Positions 38,033 through 47,231 of a DNA stretch of 64,000 nucleotides are shown piece by piece. How positions within the stretch are numbered: position 1 is the first letter of the stretch; every line of letters starts with the position of its first letter. The notes under the pieces are model-generated. The model had not been told where the DNA came from. It ran no database searches and saw only the letters and a program-made list of their open reading frames with translations. Origin of the DNA: Candidatus Latescibacterota bacterium (GTDB lineage: Bacteria > Latescibacterota > UBA2968 > UBA8231); contig OZ253462.1 of the NCBI GenBank assembly GCA_965261395.1, positions 2,592,001-2,656,000 on the forward strand, given 5' to 3'. The translations under genes and the position numbers were made by a program.

Positions 38033-39063
38033 GCGAGCGACCCCTGCAATGCGACCTCTTGCTCGCCAGAGACGATTTCCCCGAGCCGATAGGCTTGGCA
38101 GTCTTGGTCCGCTACGTAGGCCAGCACCTGTTCCACGGCCTCGGGTGCGACCACCAGCGCCATACCCACACCCATATTGAATGTGCGCAGCATGTCCGCG
38201 TCCTCTAGATCGCCAGCTTCGTGCAAGGTGCGGAAGACCGGCGGGATCTGCAGGGCTGCCAAGTCGAGTTGGGCGTTGAAGCCCGGCGGCAAGATGCGAC
38301 TGATGTTGTCGCGGAGGCCGCCGCCGGTGATGTGGGCCATGCCGTGGAGTCTAGAGTCGGTAAAAAGGCCGCGCACGGCATGCAAGTAACAGGTATGGGG
38401 CTTGAGCACCGCTTCGAGGAAGGATTCGCCGGCCACGTCTGCGGCGAGCAGATCGGGTTGCCGGTCTAAGAGGGCGCGGACCAAGGTGTAGCCATTGGTG
38501 TGCAAGCCGTTGGAAGCGAGCGCCACAACCTGATCGCCGGCCTTGATCGCCCGACCGTCGATAATATTGTCCTTATCGACGACGCCGATGACGCTGGCGG
38601 TCAGCACGTAGAGGCCGTCGGGGACCACGCCGGGCTGCACTGAGGTCTCGCCGCCGGTCAGGGTGCAGTCCTGTTGACGGCAGGCGTCGGCCAAGGCGTC
38701 CACGAGGTCGTTGACGATGGCTCCCTCCATCGTGCCGCAGACGATGACGTCCTGGATCGAAATCGGCTCGGCACCCATGACGATGATATCGTCGATGAGG
38801 TGGTGGACCATGTCGTAGCAGACCCCGCGATGGCGGCCGTGGGCAAAAGCCAACTTCTGCTTGGACCCAGGCTCCTCGCTCTTGTGCACCAGCACCGGAT
38901 GTGCGTATCCGGGGAAGCGGGCGTCGAGCAGGGTGGCGAACGCGCCAATCCGGTTGAGCACGCGCGGGTCTGCGGTTTCCATGCTCGCGGCCATGGCGCG
39001 CTTGGCGGCATCGGTCTGGTCTATATCGACGCCGGTGCTGGCGTAGGAGAGGCGTTGGCTCAT
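38026..39063 (-). CDS. purM: Phosphoribosylformylglycinamidine cyclo-ligase
   Basis: YASTGVDI, GGET, SNGLHTNGY, AHITGGG and TFNMGVG motifs. Confidence 0.93.
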   Translation of the reverse strand: MSQRLSYASTGVDIDQTDAAKRAMAASMETADPRVLNRIGAFATLLDARFPGYAHPVLVHKSEEPGSKQKLAFAHGRHRGVCYDMVHHLIDDIIVMGAEPISIQDVIVCGTMEGAIVNDLVDALADACRQQDCTLTGGETSVQPGVVPDGLYVLTASVIGVVDKDNIIDGRAIKAGDQVVALASNGLHTNGYTLVRALLDRQPDLLAADVAGESFLEAVLKPHTCYLHAVRGLFTDSRLHGMAHITGGGLRDNISRILPPGFNAQLDLAALQIPPVFRTLHEAGDLEDADMLRTFNMGVGMALVVAPEAVEQVLAYVADQDCQAYRLGEIVSGEQEVALQGSLAW

Positions 39064-40232
39064 GGGGTTCCTTTCTGTTCCATCAAATCGGGGATCAACT
39101 CGACGCCCAACCCCGGCCCGGGCGGAGCGTGCAGGCAGCCCTGCTGGTAGGTCAAGCGCGGTGTGACAACATCGCTCGCCAACAGGCCCGGGCCGACCAA
39201 ATCCGAAGGCGCGCAGACGGCTTTGGTGGCCACGCCAAGATGCACGGCTGCGGCCGTGCCAATGCCGAGCTCGACCGTGCTGCCGAGCAGGACGGGTACG
39301 CCAGCGGCCGCGGCGAGTTGGCTCAGCCGCTGGGCGCGGTGCAGGCTGCCGGCTTGGACGGGTGCGACGTTGAAGGCATCCACGGCCCGGTGGCGCAAGA
39401 GGGCGAGGGCAAACGAGTCGTCAAAATCGGCGACGTGTTCGATGAGGGCGGCGGGCACGGCTGCGCGCACCCTCGCCAAGGCCAAGGCTGCGGAGTCTGG
39501 GTCGGCATTGACCTGTTCGGGATGGTCCTTGGCCACTTTGCGGGCGACGCATTGGATCGGCGTCTCCACCGCATCTACGCCCAGCGCGGCCAGTTCGCGG
39601 ATCCGCTCGATGGCCTCCTCTTCTTCCCACGCGCCCGAAGCATCGGCCTTGAGGTACGCATCCGGGCCGACGATCCGGCGGCAGACGCGGACGCGCTCGC
39701 AGTCGAGGTCAAAGTCGGCCCCCACCTTGAGCTTGAAGGCCCTAAAGCCCGCGGCGACCTTTTCCTGAATTTCTTCTGCCATCTCATCTGCACCGCGGAT
39801 GTACGCGACCCAGGAGATGGGCAGCGCATCCCGGTACTGGCCGCCTAGGAGCGCGTAGGCCGGAGCGTTGTAATACTTGCCCGCGAGATCAATCAGGGCC
39901 ATTTCCACGGCTGCACTGACGAGCCGGCGGAATTCCGGGTGGTCGCTGGCGGGCAGCGCCTCGGCGACGCGCTCCCAAGCGACGAGGCGTTTGCGCGGAT
40001 CAGCACCGGCCAACAGAGGCGTCAAGGTATCGCGGAGGATCGCTGGCGACGGCGCTCGCCACGCATCCTCTAGGTCCGAGATTTCGCCGAGACCGCGCAG
40101 GCCGGTATTGGTCTCGAGTTCCAGCACGTAGTAGCGCGAGGAATTCTTGCTGTGGCCGCCCGTGGGGGCTACGTGGGTGTGGTACACGCGGGATACGACG
40201 ACCGAGTAAACGCGGATGTGGCAGATGTGCAT
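39060..40232 (-). CDS. Muconate cycloisomerase/mandelate racemase family enzyme
   Basis: GLGE, AVEMALIDL.GK, FKLKVG and PGLGVE motifs. Confidence 0.88.
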   Translation of the reverse strand: MHICHIRVYSVVVSRVYHTHVAPTGGHSKNSSRYYVLELETNTGLRGLGEISDLEDAWRAPSPAILRDTLTPLLAGADPRKRLVAWERVAEALPASDHPEFRRLVSAAVEMALIDLAGKYYNAPAYALLGGQYRDALPISWVAYIRGADEMAEEIQEKVAAGFRAFKLKVGADFDLDCERVRVCRRIVGPDAYLKADASGAWEEEEAIERIRELAALGVDAVETPIQCVARKVAKDHPEQVNADPDSAALALARVRAAVPAALIEHVADFDDSFALALLRHRAVDAFNVAPVQAGSLHRAQRLSQLAAAAGVPVLLGSTVELGIGTAAAVHLGVATKAVCAPSDLVGPGLLASDVVTPRLTYQQGCLHAPPGPGLGVELIPDLMEQKGTP

Positions 40233-40325
40233 AAGGCGACTCGGGAAAGGTGAATGGCCGGATTGTACGGCTGGCCCTCAGCTAAGTCAACCGTATATTA
40301 TTCAACATCTTAACAGGAGTGCCGG

Positions 40326-41048
40326 ATGACGGCCACGGAAGAAATCCTCGTGCTGAGCGCGACGGCCTTTGAGCAGCTTGCCCTCAGGGAGGCCGTGGCC
40401 GAGCGCGTGCAGCGCAAAGTCGCCGAGCGCGAATGGGTGAGTGGGAAAATTGGCACTCAGCCGGTGACTTTGGTGGCCACCGGAATCGGTGCGGTGAACA
40501 CAGCGCACGCGCTCACCTGCTACTTGCAGGCGCAGCGACCGCGGCGGGTCGTCCAAGTCGGCGTGGGCGGGGCGTACCCCGAGAGCGGGGCAAGCGTCGG
40601 AGATCTGGCCCTAGCCAACGAGGAATACTACGGGGATCTAGGAGTGCGGACGCCGGACGGCTGGCAGGGCGGAGAGCTGATTGGCATTCCGGTGCTGGAG
40701 AAAGGGCGCTCTTACTACAATTGTTTTCCCATCGACGAGCAGTGGGTACAACGGGCGGCAGCGGCTTTACCGGAAGCTTACATCGGCCCCTTCGTCACTG
40801 TGCAGGAATGCACGGGCACCGATGAATTGGGGGTGGAAAGAGGGCGGCGCTTTGGGGCTTTGTGCGAAAACATGGAAGGCGCGGCCGCCGCGCACGTATG
40901 CGCCTTGTACGAAGTCCCTTTTGCCGAGCTGCGCGCTATGAGCAACATCGTCGAGCAGCGCGCGCGGGAGCAATGGGATTTGCCGCGAGCCGCCGCTAGG
41001 GCGCAGGCTGCGGTTCAGAAGCTTATAGAGGAGGGACTATGCGCGTGA
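40326..41048 (+). CDS. mqnB: Futalosine hydrolase
   Basis: Nucleoside phosphorylase fold (TGIGAVN, GVGGAY, ENMEGAA, ELRAMSN, WD). Overlaps mqnD. Confidence 0.88.
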   Translation: MTATEEILVLSATAFEQLALREAVAERVQRKVAEREWVSGKIGTQPVTLVATGIGAVNTAHALTCYLQAQRPRRVVQVGVGGAYPESGASVGDLALANEEYYGDLGVRTPDGWQGGELIGIPVLEKGRSYYNCFPIDEQWVQRAAAALPEAYIGPFVTVQECTGTDELGVERGRRFGALCENMEGAAAAHVCALYEVPFAELRAMSNIVEQRAREQWDLPRAAARAQAAVQKLIEEGLCA

Positions 41049-41866
41049 CCTTGGGCTATTCGCCCTGTCCCAATGATACATTTGTCTTTTGCGGCTTGGT
41101 CCACGGGCAGATTGCCGACGCGCCGGTATGCGAGGAGGTGCTGGCGGACATCGAGACGCTCAATGAGATGGCGCTGCGGGGGCAGCTCGACGCGACCAAA
41201 ATATCCTTCCACGCACTGGCGCACTTGCGGGAGCAGTACTGCCTCCTGCACTCGGGGGGTGCCTTGGGGAGGGGATGCGGGCCGCTGTTGGTAGCGCGGG
41301 AGAAGCTGGCGCTAGAAGACCTCAAGCACAAGCGGATCGCCATTCCCGGGCGGCTGACCACCGCAGCCCTGCTGCTGAGGCTCTTTGACCCCAGCATTGA
41401 GCAGCTCGCGGTCATGCCGTTCGACCAAATCGTGGACGCGACCGCGCAAGGCCTAGTCGATGCGGGCGTCATCATCCACGAGAGCCGCTTCACCTATGCC
41501 CAACACGGACTAGAAGCGATCATCGACTTAGGCCAGTGGTGGGAGGAAAGCACCGGGCATCCAATCCCCCTCGGCGGCATCCTCGCGCGGCGCAGCCTCG
41601 GGGCCGAACTCATCGGCCAACTCGACCTCGCGCTCGTACAGAGCGTGGAGTACGCCTATGCCCATCCAGACGCGGTGCGGGGCTACATCCGCCAGCACGC
41701 CCAAGAAATGGACGACAGCGTCATGCAGGCGCACATCGACCTGTACGTCAACCAGCACACGCTCGACTACGGAGCCGACGGTGAGGCCGCCATATTCGAC
41801 CTAATCGAGCGGGCCGAGCGGGCCGGCATCGCGCCTAAGTCCGATGCGCCGCTCTTTATTTCTTAA
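41039..41866 (+). CDS. mqnD: 1,4-dihydroxy-6-naphthoate synthase
   Basis: SPCPNDTF, GALGRGCGP, IIHESRFTY, DLGQWW, PIPLG and HIDLYVN motifs. Confidence 0.95.
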   Translation: MRVTLGYSPCPNDTFVFCGLVHGQIADAPVCEEVLADIETLNEMALRGQLDATKISFHALAHLREQYCLLHSGGALGRGCGPLLVAREKLALEDLKHKRIAIPGRLTTAALLLRLFDPSIEQLAVMPFDQIVDATAQGLVDAGVIIHESRFTYAQHGLEAIIDLGQWWEESTGHPIPLGGILARRSLGAELIGQLDLALVQSVEYAYAHPDAVRGYIRQHAQEMDDSVMQAHIDLYVNQHTLDYGADGEAAIFDLIERAERAGIAPKSDAPLFIS

Positions 41867-41889
41867 ACAATTACCAGGGAGCAATACGC

Positions 41890-42912
41890 GTGAAACTAGT
41901 GCAATTTACCGAGCCGGGCGACGGCATGCGTTTGGGCCTCGTCGCCGGCGACGAGGTCTTAGACCTGACAGGCTCAGAACAGGGACCGCGCACCGTGCAT
42001 CAGCTTTATTACGACGGCGGTGGCGACGAGATCGGGCTGGTGGCCGCCGCTCAGAACCTGCAAAAACGAGCTGCGCGTCGCTTGCCGCTTGCCGCGCTGT
42101 TGGCCAACCGCAGCACCCGCGACCCGTACCTCACCAAGCCGGTCAGCGGCCCGCCCGGCCATCCCCACGCCCTGCGCGTGTGGCTAGCCGGCGTCACCCA
42201 CGAGGTCAGCGCTAAGTTGCGCGAAATTGAGGCCCAGCAGGCCACCGGCGAGGCGGTCAATGTGTACGACCAGAAATACCGCGAAGTGTCCGGTGGCGGG
42301 CGACCCGAGCTGTTCGCCAAGGGCGAGCCGGACGCCGTCGTTGGGCACGGTCAGCCCATCACCCGGCCCGGCGATACCCAGCGCTTGGTGCCCGAGACCG
42401 AGTTGGTGTCGGTCTATGGCCTGACGCGCCAGGGCCGCTTAGAGAGGCTGGGCTATACCGGCGGCAACGACGCCACCGACAACGGCATTGAGGCCGCCAA
42501 TCCCCTCAACTTGCCCCAAGCCAAAAATTGGGCCGGTGGGTGTGCTTCCTTAGGGCCGGTGTTGGTTACGACCGACGAGTACGACGACGACGAGGTCGAG
42601 GTATCGTGCCGCATCCTGCGCGATGGACAATCCATAGCCTACAAAAAAGGCTCGACCGGCCAGAACAACCTGAACATGCCCGGGCAGCTCCTGCACTTAG
42701 AGTGCCACCTTTTCAATCGGCTGCCCCTAGAGCCGCGCACTTTAATGGCGTTTTATTGGGGAACGCCTATCGTCTTTGCCGAAGCGGACTTGTCGTCAGG
42801 GCTTTTGGACGGGGACGTGATGCAGTTGGAGTTTTCCGGTGGGATCGGGGTCTTGGAAAATCCAGTGGTGCCGCTCGAAGAGACAACGCAGCTACAGGGG
42901 TTAGGAGGATAG
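41890..42912 (+). CDS. Fumarylacetoacetate hydrolase-superfamily protein
   Basis: AGVT, RPELFAK, VPETEL, GYT.GND, E..NPL.LPQAK and SLGP motifs. Confidence 0.85.
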   Translation: MKLVQFTEPGDGMRLGLVAGDEVLDLTGSEQGPRTVHQLYYDGGGDEIGLVAAAQNLQKRAARRLPLAALLANRSTRDPYLTKPVSGPPGHPHALRVWLAGVTHEVSAKLREIEAQQATGEAVNVYDQKYREVSGGGRPELFAKGEPDAVVGHGQPITRPGDTQRLVPETELVSVYGLTRQGRLERLGYTGGNDATDNGIEAANPLNLPQAKNWAGGCASLGPVLVTTDEYDDDEVEVSCRILRDGQSIAYKKGSTGQNNLNMPGQLLHLECHLFNRLPLEPRTLMAFYWGTPIVFAEADLSSGLLDGDVMQLEFSGGIGVLENPVVPLEETTQLQGLGG

Positions 42913-42941
42913 CGGCGGTACGGCACGTACTTAACGGATAG

Positions 42942-43538
42942 TTAGTTCTCTACTCTTTCGAATAGATCTAGGTGCTCGCCTATACCAACGAGCTTTCCAT
43001 GTAGATGCCGAACGTCAACGACCGCCCCAAAGCGGACGAACATCTTTTCAAAGCGCTCGTACTGCGAGCCCCAATAGACCATCGCGCAGGACATTGGAGC
43101 ACCCTTGCCACCATCCCTCCCGTTTACGAGAAAGCGCAGCCGGGTATCGTAGAGAAACGCAACCGCAGTGGCAGCGCCGAATACGTATTGTTTCCAGTGG
43201 CGAGTATTCGTAGCGACAGGCACAAGGGCGAGCACCTCAACACCATGTTGTACGTGAGCCTCGGTGCATTTTCGGAGCCAGTCTCGAATCGTGGTGCCTC
43301 TCTCGCGGTCCCTGCCGTATGGAGGATTGACGAAGATGGTAGGATAGTTCCACGATGCCGATAATCCGTCAATCTCAGGCAGAGAGTACTCTACAGTCGC
43401 CCCCACGATAGAATGGCGATTGGAGCATGGATCTAGCGCGACTGATTCGGCGAAAAACTCTCGTATCGCGTTAACGTACTTTGGCGGAGTGCACCAATGT
43501 TGGCTTAGCACTTCGGCATTGTTACGTCCTGCAGTCAT
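42942..43538 (-). CDS. Orphan DNA N6-adenine methyltransferase (phage Dam-like)
   Basis: WCTP, LDPCS, DGL..SW, FVNPPY, LVP..TNT..W and RLRF motifs, with an AGGAGG RBS. Confidence 0.85.
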   Translation of the reverse strand: MTAGRNNAEVLSQHWCTPPKYVNAIREFFAESVALDPCSNRHSIVGATVEYSLPEIDGLSASWNYPTIFVNPPYGRDRERGTTIRDWLRKCTEAHVQHGVEVLALVPVATNTRHWKQYVFGAATAVAFLYDTRLRFLVNGRDGGKGAPMSCAMVYWGSQYERFEKMFVRFGAVVDVRHLHGKLVGIGEHLDLFERVEN

Positions 43539-43552
43539 GCCTAGTCGTCCTC

Positions 43553-43670
43553 CTACCAGTCTTTTGCGGCGAGTTCCCGCAGATCAGCCTGTAGATTCTC
43601 AACTTTACCGGAACGGGAGAGCTTTCAAATCGAAAAATGGAGGAACGTGTCTATTGAATGCAGTATATAA
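43553..43670 (-). pseudogene. 3' remnant of the gene formerly upstream of the methyltransferase
   Basis: SIDTFLHFSI*KLSRSGKVENLQADLRELAAKDW* ends at the MTase RBS and has no start. Confidence 0.35.
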
Positions 43671-43676
43671 CCTCGA

Positions 43677-44576
43677 TTAGTCGGTATCGCAGCGCTCAGC
43701 TATTGAATTATCAGGTGCTATTTGTATGGTACCGTTTTTTATTTGATACTCAAAACTATCAAGCAAGAACATACATATTGTATACACTGAATTTATCGCT
43801 AGCTTGGCATGATGCTTAGCTGGTTTATATGATCTTGCATGAGCGTCACTCATACTATTACGTATGGATGCTATACCTGAAACAATTGTTACTATCCCTC
43901 TTAGTAACTGTTTCAAGCTATCAGAAATATCTTTACGATCTGGATCTAGGTTTAGCAATTTCTGAACTCGCTTGTATAGTTTATTTATATTGCCATCATA
44001 TTTTTGATTTTTAGATGTGATTTTAAGCTCAATCTCTTGTAAAACTGACTCTAATAGAGATCTGGCATTTGTAATTGCACCATCATAGTCAGATAATTCA
44101 ATTTTACTCTCACACTTGGAGGTCTGTTCTCTTATGAATTCAATATTCGGTGCATTATTATTAAGAATTGCATGTTCAAATATTATAATAGTGTCTTTGT
44201 CTAAAGAAGTTAGCTTATACTTATTTGAGTCTAAAATTAATGTATATCCATCGTACTCTAAGTACTGATTGATGTAAGCAACTGCTTTCTCAACAGAAAA
44301 ATCTGTACCGAGGAAAATCCTTGGGTCAACGGTACTCTCAATTACGTCTCTAAAGACTATTTTGCCATTCAGTTCAGCTAATCGTTGTTGTGCATACTGC
44401 CATCTGGAAGGGAATTCTTGACCGTATTCATCATCCTCACCATACTGATTAAAGAAGTCAACTAAGGCTGGACCAGAACGATAAGGTGCAGGGGAACTTC
44501 CAGAAGGAATTTGATCACCAGTGATCAGTTTCTCAAGAGCTTCTATTGTCTTAAGAGCTACTTTGACATTACTCAA
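43677..44576 (-). CDS. Abortive-infection family protein (AbiJ-type NTD + Abi_C/HEPN)
   Basis: YRSGP.LV.FFN..G..D.Y...FPSRW, AITNARSLLE and RNSMSDAH (R-x6-H). Strongly AT-rich. Confidence 0.85.
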   Translation of the reverse strand: MSNVKVALKTIEALEKLITGDQIPSGSSPAPYRSGPALVDFFNQYGEDDEYGQEFPSRWQYAQQRLAELNGKIVFRDVIESTVDPRIFLGTDFSVEKAVAYINQYLEYDGYTLILDSNKYKLTSLDKDTIIIFEHAILNNNAPNIEFIREQTSKCESKIELSDYDGAITNARSLLESVLQEIELKITSKNQKYDGNINKLYKRVQKLLNLDPDRKDISDSLKQLLRGIVTIVSGIASIRNSMSDAHARSYKPAKHHAKLAINSVYTICMFLLDSFEYQIKNGTIQIAPDNSIAERCDTD

Positions 44577-44688
44577 TTTCGCATCCTTTGTTCATCATTA
44601 TTATATCATCTTCTCGCTAGTATAGTCTGTTCTACACCGCCTGTACATTATACTCCATACTCCGACAAGAGATGTTTTAACCGCTCTC

Positions 44689-46185
44689 CTAACGGCGATA
44701 CTGGTCGAGCGCCCCTCTCCTCGGATCAAAGGTCGTAGTGTGGTTCCACGAGGCCTCGTGCTTGTACATCACATCCCGGATTAGGCGGCGGCGGTAGAGG
44801 CTGTCGAGGTTGTCGGCGGCCATTTTATCGGGATCGAAGCGGTCGAGGATCAGCCCGCGCAGGCGCGTTTCGATTGCGGCGTGCTCGGCTGTGCCGGCGA
44901 GGTTGTTCCACTCGCCGGGGTCGTTCTCCAAGTCAAAAAGCTGCGGCTGATGGCCGTGAATATAATTGTATTTGAACTGGCCCTGGCGAGCCATGATACA
45001 GGGCGCGCCCACCGCTTCGTGGGCTTGGGCGAAGATGTGGCGGTCGGCGCTGTGGCCCTCGATAATCGGTAGAAGGCTGGTGCCATCGTGGGGCAAGCTC
45101 GCCTCGGCACCGGCTAACTCGCAAAAGGTCGGCAACAGGTCGAGAAGCGAGGTCGGCGTCTCGACGGTAGTGCCGGCCTGCCACTGGTCGGGGAAGCGGA
45201 CGATGAGGGGGACGCGGCAGGACCACTCGTAGAAACAGCGCTTCTGTACCATCTCTTTTTCGCACAGCATGTCGCCGTGGTCGGAGGTAAAGACCACGAC
45301 CGTATTGTCGAGCAGGCCGGTTTCCTCCAGCGTTGCCAGCAGGCCGCCGACCTTGTAGTCGAGGTACGTCACCAAGCCGTAGTACGCGCGGCGCAAGCGG
45401 CGCAGGCTCTCAGGATCGCGCAAGTTGAAGCGGCGGGTGCCGTGATAGGCGTTGAGCCAGCGATCCATCGCCGAATAGGTCTCATCGAGATGGTCCGGGA
45501 ATTCGGGGATGGCGATCTCGGCGTCTGCGTAGCGGTCCCAGTATGCCTGCGGCGGATGGAACGGCTCGTGCGGGTGGTGGAAGGAGGCGCAGAGCAAGAA
45601 GGGGGTATCGCCGCGTTGGGCGCGGAGGTACTCGACGGCGCGGAATTGCGTCTCTTCGTCGTAGCTGAGGGCGTTGTGCCAGAAGTTGACCCGTACGGCT
45701 TGGCCGGTGTAACCACCAGCGTTGTACGTGGGGCGGCTGCCCATGACCTCTTCGTAATTGTCCCCTTTGGTCTCCTTGATGCGGATCCACTCTTCCTTAA
45801 CCCATGAGAAGTCGGGCGGGTAGATGTCGGTCGTCAGCCGGCGGTGGAAACCGTGCACCTGGTCGGGGCCGATGAAGTGCATCTTGCCCGAAAGCACCGT
45901 GTCGTAGCCAGCATTGCTGAGATAGTGGGCGTACGACGGCACGTCCGCGGCCAAGAGCGCGCCGTTGTCCCAGGCACCGATCTCGGAGGCGTGACGTCCA
46001 CTGGTGATGCAGGCGCGGCCCGGGGCGCACAAGGGAAAAGGAGTATAGGCCGAGTCAAAGCGGACGCCTTCGGCAGCGAGGCGATTCAAATGCGGCGTCT
46101 GGACGACTGGATGGCCGTAGGCACCTGTCAGAGCGGCGATGAGTTGGTCGGAGACGACGAAGAGGATATTGGGGCGGTCGGGCAT
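44689..46185 (-). CDS. Sulfatase (choline-sulfatase-like)
   Basis: PNILF..SDQ, CAPGR formylglycine motif, GKMH, PHEP and SDHG. Confidence 0.92.
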   Translation of the reverse strand: MPDRPNILFVVSDQLIAALTGAYGHPVVQTPHLNRLAAEGVRFDSAYTPFPLCAPGRACITSGRHASEIGAWDNGALLAADVPSYAHYLSNAGYDTVLSGKMHFIGPDQVHGFHRRLTTDIYPPDFSWVKEEWIRIKETKGDNYEEVMGSRPTYNAGGYTGQAVRVNFWHNALSYDEETQFRAVEYLRAQRGDTPFLLCASFHHPHEPFHPPQAYWDRYADAEIAIPEFPDHLDETYSAMDRWLNAYHGTRRFNLRDPESLRRLRRAYYGLVTYLDYKVGGLLATLEETGLLDNTVVVFTSDHGDMLCEKEMVQKRCFYEWSCRVPLIVRFPDQWQAGTTVETPTSLLDLLPTFCELAGAEASLPHDGTSLLPIIEGHSADRHIFAQAHEAVGAPCIMARQGQFKYNYIHGHQPQLFDLENDPGEWNNLAGTAEHAAIETRLRGLILDRFDPDKMAADNLDSLYRRRLIRDVMYKHEASWNHTTTFDPRRGALDQYRR

Positions 46186-46223
46186 GGTTTGAGCTTTCGG
46201 GTGAAAGGGCTTAAAGGAACGGC

Positions 46224-47195
46224 TTACAGGGATTCCTTTACGTAGGCGACCGAGCGTTCAAACTGCTCCAGCTCATAGGCAACCCGCACATCGGCACTCT
46301 CGCCGCGCTCGTGCGGCGTCTGCCAATCGTCGGGATCGCCAGCCGCCTGATGCAGGGTGCGAATGGCATTTACGGTTTCCGGGAGCGGTCTTTGGGGAAA
46401 GGTCGCCCACCAGTCCTCTTCCAAAAGACGGATGTGCCGAGCGACGCTCGCGCCGAGTTCAATGCAGCCCTGGATATGCGGCACCTCGCGGTCGAATAGC
46501 GCAATTATCTCCGGCCAATCGACGACCCCATCGCCGATGGCGCAGCGCTTGAGGCGGTAGCCCGAGGACGTGGGGTGGACCGTGTAGTCCTTGATGTGGA
46601 CGTGCTTGAGGATCGGCAAAATCCGCTCGGCAAACGCTAAGGGATGCTCACCGACGGCAAAGGCATTGCCTACGTCCATGGTGACGCCGAGTTGTGGACT
46701 GCCGACTTTTTCGCACAGCGATAGCAATTCCCAAGAACACAGGTCCTGGTGGTTTTCAATACCCACCGGAATGCCGTATTCCTCGGCGAGCGGCATGACT
46801 TCTTTGAAGGGCTGTACCAAGGCTTCGATGTAATCCCGCATCCCCTCGGCACCATACTCGGTGCGGTTGCCTTCGACCATGCGGCTAACGGTCGTGCGCA
46901 CAGCGCGGGCACCAGTTTGATGCGCCGTCTCAATGGCTTGGCGCAGCGGCGCGATGTCTGCGGCGTAGTTGTCGCCTCCTGTGTCTAAGAATAGGTCGAG
47001 ATCGGCGCGAGTCTCGGCAAAGGCCGCCCGCTCCTCGGGCGAGCAGTCGCCCAGCCATTGAGACGCGAATTCGACGCTGTGGAGGCCGTTGTCGCGGGCC
47101 AAGCGCGTCAGTCCCTCGGGGGTGTGGGGGTCAATGGCGCGGCCAGCTTCGCGGTGAGCGCCGGTGAAGCTCCAAGCGCAGAGTCCGATATTCAA
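46224..47195 (-). CDS. Sugar phosphate isomerase/epimerase TIM barrel
   Basis: IENHQD, DVGN, HVHIKD and GDGVVD motifs. TTG start with an AGGAA RBS. Confidence 0.85.
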   Translation of the reverse strand: MNIGLCAWSFTGAHREAGRAIDPHTPEGLTRLARDNGLHSVEFASQWLGDCSPEERAAFAETRADLDLFLDTGGDNYAADIAPLRQAIETAHQTGARAVRTTVSRMVEGNRTEYGAEGMRDYIEALVQPFKEVMPLAEEYGIPVGIENHQDLCSWELLSLCEKVGSPQLGVTMDVGNAFAVGEHPLAFAERILPILKHVHIKDYTVHPTSSGYRLKRCAIGDGVVDWPEIIALFDREVPHIQGCIELGASVARHIRLLEEDWWATFPQRPLPETVNAIRTLHQAAGDPDDWQTPHERGESADVRVAYELEQFERSVAYVKESL

Positions 47196-47231
47196 AGCAT
47201 TCCTCTTTTGATTGTGTACAAGTCGCGGGGC

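Noticed and set aside
38026-42912. purM, enolase-like, mqnB/mqnD and FAH genes as a novel biosynthetic cluster
   Set aside because: These are ordinary primary-metabolism genes in divergent operons, with no scaffold-forming enzyme.
42910-42921. Possible displaced 3' end of the sulfatase (YRR-coding match to 44690-44701)
   Set aside because: Only about 12 bp with 2 mismatches and no stop codon, which is compatible with chance.
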